The notes beneath the pieces are model-generated. The model made no database searches, had not been told where the DNA came from, and saw only the letters and a program-made list of their open reading frames with translations. Positions 51,612 to 64,000 of a stretch of 64,000 bases of DNA are shown here, piece after piece. Each line of letters opens with the position of its first letter. The stretch's first letter is position 1. The position numbers and the translations under genes are program-made. The stretch spans positions 5,270,001 through 5,334,000 of the forward strand of contig JAQFVV010000005.1 of the NCBI GenBank assembly GCA_028023455.1, written 5' to 3'. The DNA is from Epiperipatus broadwayi. Its lineage: Eukaryota; Animalia; Onychophora.

Positions 51612-51889
51612 TCAGGTCTGCCATTTCTTCGAGATTGCATAAAATGTGTCTCTTTTATTTAACGAGTTTGCATCTAAATTAATGAAATAGGCCTCCTTAA
51701 TTTTTCTTCTTATCTCATGTTGCTCACTGCACATTACTTGCAGATTGTCCGGTATATATGAGTGGCCCGTAGTGGTTTTATGCTGTGCAAAAATGGAAAA
51801 TTGGGAAGGATCTGTGAGCGTTTTATTGTATGCATATTTATGTTGTAGCAACCTCGTATAAACAGAAGCTTTAGTCTCCCCATAATATG
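51612..51889 (-). pseudogene. PLE GIY-YIG endonuclease C-terminal part (open frame)
   Basis: AAYYGETKASVYTRLLQHKY...FAQHKTTTGHSY...NLQVMCSEQHEIRRKIKEAYFIN...LNKR...KKWQT*. Confidence 0.8.
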
Positions 51890-51919
51890 CAGCGTGACTT
51901 ACCTCCAATAAATACCCAG

Positions 51920-52241
51920 CAGGCCATGTACAAAATAATTTTCCCAGAAAACAATTGTCACACTGCATATTATGGGGAGACTAAAGCTTCTGTTCGTACG
52001 AGGTTGCTACAACATAAATATGCGTACAATAAAGCACTCACAGATCCTTCAACTTTTCCATTTTTGTGCAGCATAAAACCACTACGGGCCACTCAGGTAT
52101 ACTGACAATCTGCAAGTGATATACAGTGAGCAACATGAGATAAGAAAAAAAATTAAGGAGGCCTATTTCATTAATTTAGACACAAACTCATTAAATAAAA
52201 GGGACATGTTTTACGCAATCTCGAAAAAATGGCAGACCTGA
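51920..52241 (+). pseudogene. PLE GIY-YIG endonuclease domain (frameshifted mirror copy)
   Basis: AMYKIIFPENNCHTAYYGETKASVRTRLLQH carries both halves of the GIY-YIG motif. It is frameshifted near 52050 and stops at TGA 52239-52241. Confidence 0.8.
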
Positions 52242-52305
52242 TTTGAATAATTTGCATCTGTTGATTTAAATAAATAAATTGAACATCGTTATTAGAACTA
52301 TCTAT

Positions 52306-52355
52306 CTATAATTTTGAAAATGAAGGCATCGTTCCTTCGAAAGTGCTAAGTATAG
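52306..52355 (+). ncRNA. Hammerhead ribozyme, U3:A8 core variant (mirror of 51498-51547)
   Basis: CUAUA(A)UU-UUGAAAA-U-GAAGG CAUCGUU CCUUC-GAA-AGUGCU-A-AGUAUAG. Confidence 0.58.
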
Positions 52356-55300
52356 AAATAAATAGAATAATATAAATATATTGAGTTTTAGTATGGAGAT
52401 ATTACCGTAAAATATCTGATCTTATATAAAATAGTAGAAACATTGGATTTTTTATTGTTGATTATAGTCATATAAAAAGCAAGTTTTAAAAAGGAGTTTG
52501 TTTGTTTATTTATATATTGGATATTTATGAACTATTTTGGAAAGAAGAACTGTGTGATTTATATATTTAATTATATATTTGTAAAATACAATACTGTATA
52601 AACCTATTTATATAAATTAACCTATTTATATAAATTATGTTATTATTTATATTATGTCATTTTATTAGCTAGGATAATTTTAGATTGACCAGAAAAATAA
52701 ATAAAACTTATATTTATTGTATTTTAAAATGAATGGCAAAAGAAATTAAAGCCTGTTAGAAATATGTAGCTAAATTTGAAAAACAGCAAGAATTTTATGA
52801 ATATAAAAAATATAATGACCAAATTAATATTCTGTAGTGTAAACTTGAGTAATCAGTAGATTGCAGAACTGGAGAATAGATTTATTATGTAGAAAAATCA
52901 CATAAGCCAAGATTATGTGATATTTTGTCAGATTTATTACAATATTATATGTAATATATGAATTGAACAGTTGTATTATTGATAGCATAATTGCTTTGTT
53001 CAACTATATCATATTACACTATTTGTGTATCACAATTTGTAATAAATAATCTAATAATGAATCCATATTTATAATGTATTGTACACACTTTTTATGACGT
53101 ATAACAATAGTATATTGTAGAGTTTATTATTCTGTTAGATTTGAAATCTGCTTCAAAATAATTTTTGCATCTACTATGAGATATTTATTTTAATTTTAAA
53201 TATATACATGTTAGATTGATATAAATCAAGGTATATTTGTATACCAGCATATATCTATTATAGAAATAATTTTCTTGATTCTGAATAGATTCTTACAAAA
53301 ATTATTCATTTTCAGTATATACAGTTGTAAAATGATCCAATACATACAATCTTGAATGAATGTCTGATCCAAGCTAAACAACCTTGATTATTTTGAAATT
53401 TGTGCAATTAATCATAATGCAGACTGATAATCTTAAAAAAGATCAAATTTAACAATGGATTGATCTTACTTAATTCTTTATTTTCTAGAAATAAGTTTCA
53501 TTTTACTTTAAAAGAAAGTTATCTAAATCTTTGAGACATAGTTAAATATAACAAAATTGAGGCTGAAACTGGAAGATTAAAGAAATGGAGTCTTCAGTTT
53601 GAAATGAATTTGTGTCAAAATAATAAAAAAATTATTGCATATTTATTATTACACTTCAAGTAACTAATTTAATTAAAGTATTTTTATCATGTAAAATTTT
53701 AAAAAAGTGTTTACAAATTGACTTTAGTAGGAAAACGTAAAAAAAAATCATACTTTTTAAAGCACAAATTCAGATACATTAAAAAACGTATTTTTAGTAT
53801 ATATGTATTTCATTTTTATATTATGTACCAAATTAATGGAAATAAATTTAAAATTGAAATAACTGCTATAAAAATACTGAAAAACACCTTTCCCTACTCA
53901 TAGTATAATGAAATCATGTCCACCAAATTTTTATTGGTAAAATCTAAAATTTAATGCTTTCTTATTTTTTATTTAGCTTAGACAAAATGAAAACTAAAAT
54001 ATAAAATCACTCACATTAAAATATAGTTGTTCAATGTAAAATTGTTCTAAACTCTAAGATTTGTTCCATCTAATGCTGCACTAATATTATATAGTGATTT
54101 TTACCAGAACAGAAATACCACTCATAGTACTGCATCCTAATGTTACAAAAGATTAAGCAATTCCTGCATATCAATGTCACTGAATGATTATAATAAGCTT
54201 TTCTAAACATTTTCCAAAATCATTATAAATGCAGTAAAGCAAAAAACTTTCATATTCCCTTTCTTTGAGTAAATGTTTCTAAATATTTTGCACAATATTT
54301 ATCCCATATTCATTGTCATTTGATTCCAAATATTTCAGTATACTTGAAACTATGAATAATAATGAACTTTATATATGACTTTTGCAGGATTAAAAACCTT
54401 CCTATACCACAATAATAATTTGTCAGTTTGAATCAAATGGAATTAGAAACAGAGAATCATACATAGCTGATTTGACAAAAGCAGAATACAACAGAACACA
54501 TACACCAATATATACAGCAATTCAAAACAAAAATAGCAAATAAAACATCTGATTATGAAAATAATAGTAAAAATTGGATTGCTATATCATATCACATACA
54601 AAACAGAACAAATTTGGTCAGATAAATTTAATGTGGGATAAAGAGTTCCCATTAATTTAAACAAACTTATTAACAACATAAAAAATAAAACCCAAACATT
54701 GGTTCATCCCAACTTGATTCATGCTGTAGGGTGCAGCCAAAAGGACTGACCATATATATATTATAATAAGACCAAGGAAATTTTTAAAACAAAAATGACA
54801 CATCATTCTCTAATGTATAAAAAGTGACAAACAAAAACTGATGCTATTAATACATCAGTCTTTTACAATTACAAAAGAGAATGTAGCGATAATTTCAATC
54901 CAAGTGTTAAAATAATGTGTAAAGAGTGAAATAATGGAAAACAAAAAATCAAAAAGGCATAGTTCATTACAAAAGAGAATATGTAATGAATCAGAGAACA
55001 AATAATTTTCTAATCAGTAGAAAATGGGATTTTCAACAAAATGACTATGAATATGAACTGAATGAACGTATACTTGGTGCTAATAATTTAATAAACATAT
55101 TTAAACTCTGATTTAGTATTTCTTTATATATATACATACATATTGACAACATTTTAAAAATGTATACATTTATACATCAGCAAAAATAATCAGTAATGGA
55201 CTTATGAAAAAAAATGCAATAATAAACTTAGAAAAACAGAGAAGAAATAAGTGCTCAGAATGAAAAAATGTCTTATTGAATGATAATTCATAATAGCAAT

Positions 55301-55899
55301 TAATACAGGCAAATATACGTGTAAAATTTAAAAATTCAAATTTAAGAGTTACTAATATTTTAAACTGTGGACTACTTCAGTGGTTTGCGAGTCTATGGAT
55401 AATAATGACTATTGTATTTGTAAATAGATAGGCTAATAAAATTTCTCATGAAAAAATTGTCAATGGCTATTCAATATTCTACTTCATCTTATTTCTATCA
55501 AAATTATTATATTTAATATTTGACAATCAATAGCACACATGATTTATATTAAATAAATATGAGCTTTATTAAAGTCTAATAAGTTTATGGACCTCTGGGT
55601 AAACTAAACTAATACATAAAACTAAACCACCAGATAAAGAACCTTTAACTAATATGCATCACTTACAGAATTTTTTTAAATATGAAGCAATAAAGCTATT
55701 GCTTTAAGGAAGTTTTCTGATTTTATTATGATCATATTCCCATTTAGAATACAATTTTTTTAGACTGATTAACAAATATAAAAGAGAAACCAAGAGATAG
55801 GTTCACTAGGGGTTTTATTTTCTTATATATCCATAGATTTAAGGACTGTATTTAATGATTTGTGGTTGGCTATACCTAGCATGGATCAGAGTTAGATGA

Positions 55900-56490
55900 A
55901 CATAGCAACTATGAGTATTAGGCAGGATTGGTATTAAACCACTAAACATCACATGATCACCACTTTTAATGCTTGCTAATAACTGTTATTAAGACAGGCA
56001 AAACTCTCCATACAGTAGTGCCACTCAGTGCAAGCCAGAGTAATCAATGGATGCCAGAAGGCTTGTGCATAAAATCCCTACCTAGTGCTTTCTCATCAAA
56101 TATCCCTAGATTAATTTCTAGCTTGTGGCTTTCATCAGTGAGGAGCCTTGGATTTGAGAGCACTGCACTTAGATCTTAAGATCTAATGCAACCCTCCAGC
56201 AGCCACCTTTTATCTCTACATAACTACAAAAGTATGAGAATAACATTGAAAACACAATAATATTTTCAATCCAAGCTCATTAGTTTATATAGTATAGATC
56301 TGAACTCAGTTCAGTACCCATATATTTTGGTGTCTCTGGTTCTTTAATAACCATAGCCACCACTATCATATTAGGAAGGATTGATATTAAACCATTAAAC
56401 ATCACATGATCATCATTTCTGGCACCATTGATTACTCTGGCTTGCACTGAGTGGCTCTACTTACTGTATGGAGAGTTAAGCCTGTTTAAT
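55900..56490 (-). mobile_element. Retrozyme-like family A insertion of more than one monomer plus an inverted tail
   Basis: TATTAGG(C/A)AGGATTG..ACATCACATGATCA occurs at 55916 and again at 56369 (period 453). 56417-~56490 is the reverse complement of ~55985-56058. Confidence 0.85.
56103..56144 (-). ncRNA. Minimal type I hammerhead ribozyme (family A, AUUAAU variant)
   Basis: UCCUCA-CUGAUGA-AAGC CACAA GCUA-GAA-AUUAAU-C-UAGGGA. The core is intact, with one mismatch each in stems I and II. Confidence 0.75.
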
Positions 56491-59400
56491 AATTATAAAA
56501 AACATGAGAAATGGGGAACATGTGGTGTTTGGGGGCTTTCCACCCCCCCCTCCTTAAAAAGGGAGGGTGGGTTTTGGTAAACAAAAACTAATAACTAAGG
56601 GGGGAGGAAGGACTTTAGTCCTTAATATCTAATGTATGTGAGGGACAATGATTTTTTGTTTTTTCATTTTGTTTTAAATTTTTTTCTATTTTTTGTAAAA
56701 TAGATACTCAAAAAAATAAGGTGATGGGACCTGTTTTAATAAGCTATAAGTAGTGATGAATCAGTTGATGAGACTCTAATAATATTCAGGAAGAGCAAAT
56801 TGGGCTGACTTTATTGTTGGATCTGGAAAAAAAAAATTGTTTGGAATCTTGAAATCATATAAAAACATTTTTACATTATGATTGTTGAGTTGTGAAGGGA
56901 TTTTTAGTTGAACATCCTGGAAGAGGATTTTGATTTGAGATGAGTCTTAGATAGTCAAGTTATATCTTTAGTGATAAGTCTAATCTATTTAATAGTTTTT
57001 TATATAATTTCAGGAAGGCAATTTCTTATAACTAGTGCAAAAATATATGAATAAACAGGGAATAGAAAAACTGGAATATATTAGTAACATTCTTATGTAA
57101 CATTTTATTATCCAGAAATTTAGTGTAGACACTTTTTTTCCAAATAGACATAATATTCACCAATATAATTCCATAATATTACATCACAACTCTAATTAGT
57201 AACAGACAGCCTTTCAAGATGGTTATTCCTAAAAATTATTTTAAATCTAACCTTTAATAAATGAGACAAATAAGTTAGGCTATTGGCACAATGTTTTCTC
57301 TAAGTAGCATTGATTAGGATTATATTTCAATCTATTATTCCAGGTTATATTTAGTTTATGAGATGTTTCCCTCTTGTTTAAGTGAAAAGCTAAACAAACA
57401 TACTGTCTTATAGGTTTAAATTTTTGAACATTTTTACTTTTCACATCTTTATTAAAAGGTATTTATTCTTTTGGAAATGATATCTGTTGAGATGTTAAAC
57501 CAATGTCATCAGTACAAATTTATTTTCTGCACAATGCATCTAAAAGATTACTAGTGACTATATTAAATAAAGTAGACAATAAAATTGCATTTTGCTATTG
57601 CTATTCTATAAAATTTTATCTTTATTGTGACTATCATTTAGTCATATGAATTTTTCTAGGAGTGGACATTTCAAATAAAGAATGCATTTATATTTTTAGA
57701 ATTTTAGAGACTTTTAAGAGCCATAAGCTGATAAAAAAAAATCATAAGTTGAGATTAGATCAATAAGGGTAGTTACCAATTTTTAATTTATTTTGTAAGC
57801 ACTTTTAGTGCAAAATGGTGAAAATAAACACATTTAAAATGACTCTTTCTGGCTTTAATACAACCTTTTCTATAGGCAGGCTCTCAATATGCTTTCTTGC
57901 TGATCAAAACTTGATTAATATTAACCATAGCTACAGAGAATGAATTGAAGATTTACTGAAAGAGGAAGGAAATGTTTTCTATAATCTAATTATTGCTCTC
58001 TAAATAAAATGTTTTTTTATCATCTTATTTACGAATTATCAAATTACATATACTGTGTGTAAACTTCATAAAAAACAGTTTTCAATTTTAAAATTAACAG
58101 TAATAATAAATGATGATACAGTTATGAAAAGATACATAAAATTAATTCTATTAGTTAAACATTGAACAAATTCAATTATAAATAAATCCAAAATAAAAAA
58201 ACTAAATAGTTTTAAAATTTATTGGTAAAATTTTATGTATATACTGTGTATATGTCGATTGTTGAAGGGTTAGAACAAAGGTTGTTGTTTCTGAAATAAA
58301 ATGTTATCAAAGAATATTTGGGATATCTCAAACCCTTAAGACTACTCATAAATGGGTTTGAAGAAGACAAATATAGAGATGACTGAAGTGATGGTAAATC
58401 AAATAAAGCTACAATATAAATGACTTGTAGTGAGACAGATAGATACACTGGAAAAGAATGTTATGATTGGAATTGTGAAAGGGTCAAAAAAGAGCATAAT
58501 CTCCCAAATAATTGTGGATGAAGAATGCCATGGAATAGACAGCCTAACAATATTCCAGATGAGAGGAGGAGAGTGACCTGGAAGCAATTCACCCATATTG
58601 TTGTCCATAAAAAATGATGGATCAAATGGATAATATATATACAAATATATTCCCATTCTAAATCTAGAAAAAATGTCATATAAAGAATAAACATTTATGA
58701 TGAGTTTGAGATGATTATATAAATCATACTCAGAACCATAAATAGTTTTATATACTTTATATATTAACTCTTTATTAAATTTGGTATTTTTCTTCTAAGT
58801 TATTCAGCGCAAAACTATTTCTGACAGTCTTGTATACTAATTATAAGGGTTAACCATTGTATTTTATCTTTAACAGTATTTTTCAAATGATAGCAATTGC
58901 TATTGCATCTCTTAGAATATCTTTAAAATAATTTCATAAAAAGTCTGCCAATCTTCTAAGAATTATGCTCACATTCACAATAAACCACTTTTTAGCATCT
59001 CCATTCTTTATGTAGTAAATCTAATAAAAATCTGAGAATCATTGCATGTAGACAGCTAAAAACATACTAATAGGTCTTATGATCTTGCCATCATATTTCA
59101 AAATATTTCAAAGCTTACAGAGTATTTTAATTAAACTTATTAGAGCAATAAGAGATCAATGTCTCACTTCAATACAAAAAAATTATCAAACTTGAAATAA
59201 TTTAATAGAAATATTTATTATGCTACTGTGATAAAATATCTAATTTTTTAAAACATTGTAGTCTCTGCTGCCCATTAACATTCCAAAAAGATTCTATTAA
59301 GAAATGTATAATGGTCCATGTTCTCAAATTGATATCCAACAAATCAAAGCCTGTCAAACTTTTGTCTTCACTTGATAAAGCATCTAGATTTTTCAATTTG

Positions 59401-62035
59401 ATAAGATCAAAACAGTTTTGCAACTTTTTATTGACTGCTGTCATTGGCAAAACATCATTATCTTAAAATCTGTGTTTATAAAACTATTGTCACTGATTAA
59501 GTCAGTAACAACTGAAGATGAAAAAATAACATCATTCAGAACATTACTTGCTATAATAATTGTATGATTTTATCAATAGTTGAATATATTGGAAAAATTT
59601 TAAAAAAGTTTGAATTTTTCCAAAGATTATATAAATCACTTCATCTAGATGATGGAAATAGAACAAGATGCACATAACCAATTTAATAAAGTTAAATATC
59701 AATAAAAATTATTTATTTGTATCTTATTATTTCTGAATATATCATGAATACATTCTTTATTACAGTTATGCTTAAGAAAAAACAACATACTGAATTTGGA
59801 TATGAATTTTCTCTTCTTTCCTCAAAATCAGGCATCTAAATTTGGCACACAATCATATTAGTAAGTCATAAAGGGATAGTAATTGACTGACATTGATATC
59901 CAACCATATCCTATTTATGAAGTTTTATGTTTCTTGCTACTGATTCTCTACAGTGATGCACACTCTAGTGTATAGGAAACATAGAAGGTAGAACAAAAGT
60001 TATCATGCTATAAATGTCATAGCAGAGAGTCAATACATGCCTATATAAGTGCAGAACTTACAACACATACAAGATAGCATGCAGCAGTAAATAACAGAAT
60101 TACTAAATTTTGAATATATAGTGAATACTGATTTCACCAGCTTGCAAAAGATTAGAGCAGAATCTTGTAAATCAGGGCCCATAGCATGTATTATATTTGC
60201 AGGTAGGTTTGGGAATTCTTCATTGCACTAAAAACTTAATAACAATAAAATATAGTTTTAAAAACCGTGAGGCATGTGTTTAGGTGGTAGGTAGAATACA
60301 AAAGCAACTAAAATGCTGATAATCAAATGTTTTATAATCTCATGGCTGTGTTTAGGTTTTTTATAGACTTTTTGAAAGAACAAACCTGTTTTCTATTAGA
60401 AAATTAATATGCATAATAAACAAATATAATGAGAAAACAGATTCCATATAATGTGCGAATGAAAAAAAAATTAAATATTAAAAGTTCATATCTTTTTTTT
60501 TTAAAAAAAAAAAAACAATTATATATTTTTTTTAAAAATTAAAAGAAGCCGTTGAAACTGATACTTTCCCATTATCTCCACGCAAGGATAACTGATTCAT
60601 AAAAGAGGAAATAAACTGAGTTTAAAATTTATTGAACTTAAAAACTATTCTCATGTTTCCATAACATTTATTTTAAAATCTATTCAAGCTGTTTAATAAA
60701 AGCAGAATAAGCTAGCAGCAATAACTGACATTCAGCTCCTTCTTCAGGGAAAAATAATAAATACTTAAACAATTTGTAGGATTATATGCTGAGGATTAGT
60801 TTTCATGCGTATTTGGAAAAGAAAAAATATTCTGTAGGAATATTAGGAGTGACTATAAAGCCTCATTTTCAAAATAAAGTATTAAAAACTATTAATACGA
60901 CAGTATAAATAATCAATGACTTTCGAATTACATAATTCTGCAGTATTAGCTATATTTGTACATCACAGAGATTGAGAGTTTGTTGTGCAGAGATAGGGCA
61001 TTCCCCCTACAATATGTACGACCTGAGATTCAAATTCACACCAAATGAAATTCTCTTTAAGATGTATATTATTTTTCTCTCATGTAGGTGGCACATCACC
61101 AACTCAGATACAGTTGTAAAAGGATATCTTATCAACCCACTCTTAGCTAGAGAATAAAGTGAGGTTAGAAACTGTTCAAACTCTCATCCCCTACAAATGG
61201 CAAGCTTGGTAAGTAATGCTTTATCATTTACTGTTTATCTAAAGGTACAGAAAAAAATAGAAAATATACCAACTCTTGGTTCTTTTATTTAAAATTTAGG
61301 AAGATATAAGAAACATTTAAAATAAAATTAGTTTCAAAAGACTTTGGAAAAAAAAGTGATGCATATTTAAATGAAAAAAAAAAAGGTCAGATTTTTAGTA
61401 CCTATTAGAGTGAACATTTCTAAAACTGCAGAAATGCATTAAAAATACATAATCCCACTGATGAGGATTGGTCAAAAAATAATTTTTACTGAAAGAAATC
61501 AATGGATATCATAAAGAATTATAAACAAAAACAACAAAAATACATTTAAACAAAGCACTACAGAAATCTATCCATATCTAAAAATTCTAGTGACTACCAA
61601 CACAGTCTAATAAGTTTTACATGGTAAGTTGCCATTTCAAATCCACTAGCTTATGTTGCAAATGGCTCAGGCAGACGGAATGCTTTCGCACTATAAGAAC
61701 TAAGCAGAAAATATCAAATATTCATATAAACCATTGCATATTTTATTTTTACAAGAACTTACAAAATGAAACTGATTAAACTGCTTTCTTCCAAATTAAA
61801 CATAGCAATGGAATGTCATGATTTATGAAACCTTATTATAATATTCTATTAGTTCAATAAAAATAATAATTTAATGTTTTTATTGCTCATGAATTTATAA
61901 AAAATTTGAGTGTTGAAAGTGACAAGAGAAAGTGATATGATTGCAACAAATAATGTAAGCTATTAGTTCAATAATCACTTTGCACAATGCAAAAGAGGTT
62001 TCAAAATATCACATATACCAATCTTTCCCACATAA

Positions 62036-62545
62036 TGTTGTTGACTATGGTTATTAAAAAACAAAGACACCAAAATGTATAGATACTGAACTGGGTTCAG
62101 AATAGTATGACTATACAATCAAATTGGCTTGAATTGAAAATATTATCATGTTTTCAATCTTACCCATAGAATGATGGTGACTATGGTTATTAAAGAACCA
62201 AAGACACCAAAATGTAGAGATAATGAACTGGGTTTAAAATTGTATGACTATACAAGCAAATTGGCTTGAATTGAAAATATTATTGTGTTTTCATTTTGGA
62301 CTTACAGCTTTATAGTTAAGTAAATAGGTAAAAGGTAGCTGCTGGAGGTTTGCATTAGATCTGAAAATCTAGATGCAGTGCTCTCAGATCCAAAGCCCCT
62401 CATCAAAAAAAAAAATAACAAGCTAGAAACTAGTTTGGGGATATTGGATAAGTGGGTACTAAATAAAAATTGTGTATATAAATCTTCTGCTATCCATTGA
62501 TTACTATGGCTTGCACTGGTGAAACTTCTGTATAGAGAGTTTGCT
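62036..62545 (+). mobile_element. Family A copy with an internal 136-bp tandem duplication and a destroyed HHR
   Basis: GACTATGGTTATTAAA occurs at 62043 and 62179. The ribozyme flanks are colinear with the other copies, but at 62397-62441 CTGATGA and the 5' half of stem II are replaced by TC(A)11 while GAAACTAGT and TGGGGA remain. Confidence 0.8.
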
Positions 62546-62977
62546 AAGATTTCAAAATATTTAAATATTTAGAAGGGGCATATACATTTCATAGTGCAGA
62601 TATTTTCATATAAGATTCTCATATTCAAATACAATATTATTTGAATTCATATAGTCAACATGATTATACAATACTTCGAAAAATCTGAGGATGCCATTAT
62701 ACATCTTGCTTGAGCTTCCAAAATATCTGAATTAAATATTATTGATCTCTGTGGACTATTCTTGAAAAATACATCAGCAATCAATATCTTTCACTGATAC
62801 TTTTCAGAGAATATAGTGGCCATATACCTTATTGAAATTATCAGATATCATTACTATGTGTAGTTTGTGAATATGCATAAAGTAATAGTTTTAAATACTC
62901 CACTACAAACTCATTATACTATAGACTTCTATAAATTGTGAAAGAATATTAAGGGAGAATCATTTACTCAATAAGCT

Positions 62978-63043
62978 AATAAAGACACCAAAATGTATAG
63001 ATACTGATCTGGGTTCAGAATAGTATGAGTATACAATCAAATT
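62978..63043 (+). repeat. Short family A fragment
   Basis: AAAGACACCAAAATGTATAGATACTGATCTGGGTTCAGAATAGTATGAGTATACAATCAAATT is nearly identical to 62063-62125. Confidence 0.8.
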
Positions 63044-63456
63044 AAGAAGAAAATAATATGAAAGAATAATAATAAAAGATATGTTAGAAATAATTAGAAA
63101 AAGAAAGAAAAAAATATATTGAAAAAGGAAGTACAGAAATTGTAATAAAAAAATAATTAATGACTTTTGAAAAAAAAAAAAGATTGGTTAAAACAGATTA
63201 GAATGTGAATTATTAAAAGTAGAAGATAAAAATAGAAGAAATAATAAAATTTATATTAAGAAAATTATAAAATAATAGTGAAAATAAGGAAAGGAAATTT
63301 AACATAGATTTAAGAAAAATAAACTGATAAGTACTGAAAAGCATGGATTTCTATTAGTTTACCAAGTTTGATAATAATAATAAACAGAAACTTGTAAATG
63401 GATATCGTCATTCCAATTCCGAAAAAAGAAAGGGGAGACAAAGAAAAAAAACTATT

Positions 63457-64000
63457 CTAGAAATGAGTTTTGCAATGACAGTACAAACCAATCTGTGAAA
63501 CACAAATATTCTCACACAAATAGACTATGCTAATCTATGTTTCTGTTCACTTGATATTTTACAGATATTGCCTATTAATTCCTTCAGCAGAAAATCTTTC
63601 TTTCTGAAATGATTCTATAGCATGTCTAAATTGTAATATTGTATTCTATTCTCTGCCATATCTAACCAAAGTAAATAATTGGCATTGCACTTCCTTACAA
63701 TGTCTTTGGGATAATCCATATAACATAGGCAGGGTCAACCTTTACCATGAAAATCATTCCTATGTTCATCATAAATCAAACTTTCAAGAATTCTTCTATT
63801 GTCATTCATTTTATATATTCAAACCAAAGAAGATATGATTTTACAATACTGGACTCAATATTATCACATTCAGCAAACGGAAGAACAAATTGAATGGTTT
63901 TATGATCTTGCCATTGTATTTTTAAATCTTTATATAGCATCCTTAAATGAAACTTTTCTAATGCATTTATATTGGTTAGATAAAATAACAGCTGCATATT
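63457..64000 (-). mobile_element. 3' end of an RTE-clade LINE (same family as 15935-20107), running off the window edge
   Basis: INALEKFHLRMLYKDLKIQWQDHK, and a terminal VSQIGLYCHCKTHF* colinear with 19950-20107. Confidence 0.85.

Larger units (their letters stand above)
50806..52519. mobile_element. Multiply inverted Penelope-like element 3' end (GIY-YIG plus UTR/pLTR)
   Basis: Four segments alternate in orientation: 50806-~51125 (-), ~51130-51391 (+), ~51430-51890 (-) and ~51920-52519 (+). The outer ~90 bp are inverted repeats. Confidence 0.85.

Noticed and set aside
56535-56610. GC-rich hairpin and G-tracts (possible G-quadruplex)
   Set aside because: The fourth G-tract is over 25 nt away and no functional context is evident.
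58230-58700. Cluster of overlapping minus-strand ORFs
   Set aside because: No recognisable domain; it may be a very old LINE tail but cannot be assigned.
61453-61490. CTGATGAGGATTGGTC hammerhead-like start
   Set aside because: There is no GAAA after a credible stem II and no stem I or III pairing.

Overview
This is AT-rich, CpG-poor eukaryotic DNA, probably from an invertebrate animal. I could not support any host protein-coding gene; nearly all listed ORFs are chance ORFs, repeat-derived, or fragments of decayed transposons. The conventional content is two Penelope-like element (PLE) relics with RT and GIY-YIG domains, several RTE-clade LINEs, a Tx1/L1-like LINE, a Ty3/Gypsy pol relic, an internally deleted mariner with TIRs and TA duplication, a hAT MITE with a perfect 8-bp TSD, a non-autonomous Helitron, and 5S rRNA and tRNA-Gly pseudogenes. 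The striking signal is a dense set of hammerhead ribozyme (HHR) elements. (A) A non-coding retrozyme-like family has a ~453-456 nt circularly permuted monomer and a minimal type I HHR; one copy at 34103-34144 has a fully canonical core, and its palindromic stem III covaries between copies. (B) A tRNA-headed HHR element occurs twice as head-to-head palindromes. (C) An isolated HHR with a long stem III sits at 8.1 kb. (D) U3:A8-variant HHRs lie behind the PLE GIY-YIG ORFs. Many of these insertions, and a 364-bp concatemer with a 12-bp TSD, contain internal inversions, consistent with PLE-type reverse transcription of concatemeric or circular RNAs. All folds and alignments were made by eye and need computational confirmation; boundaries of decayed elements are approximate.
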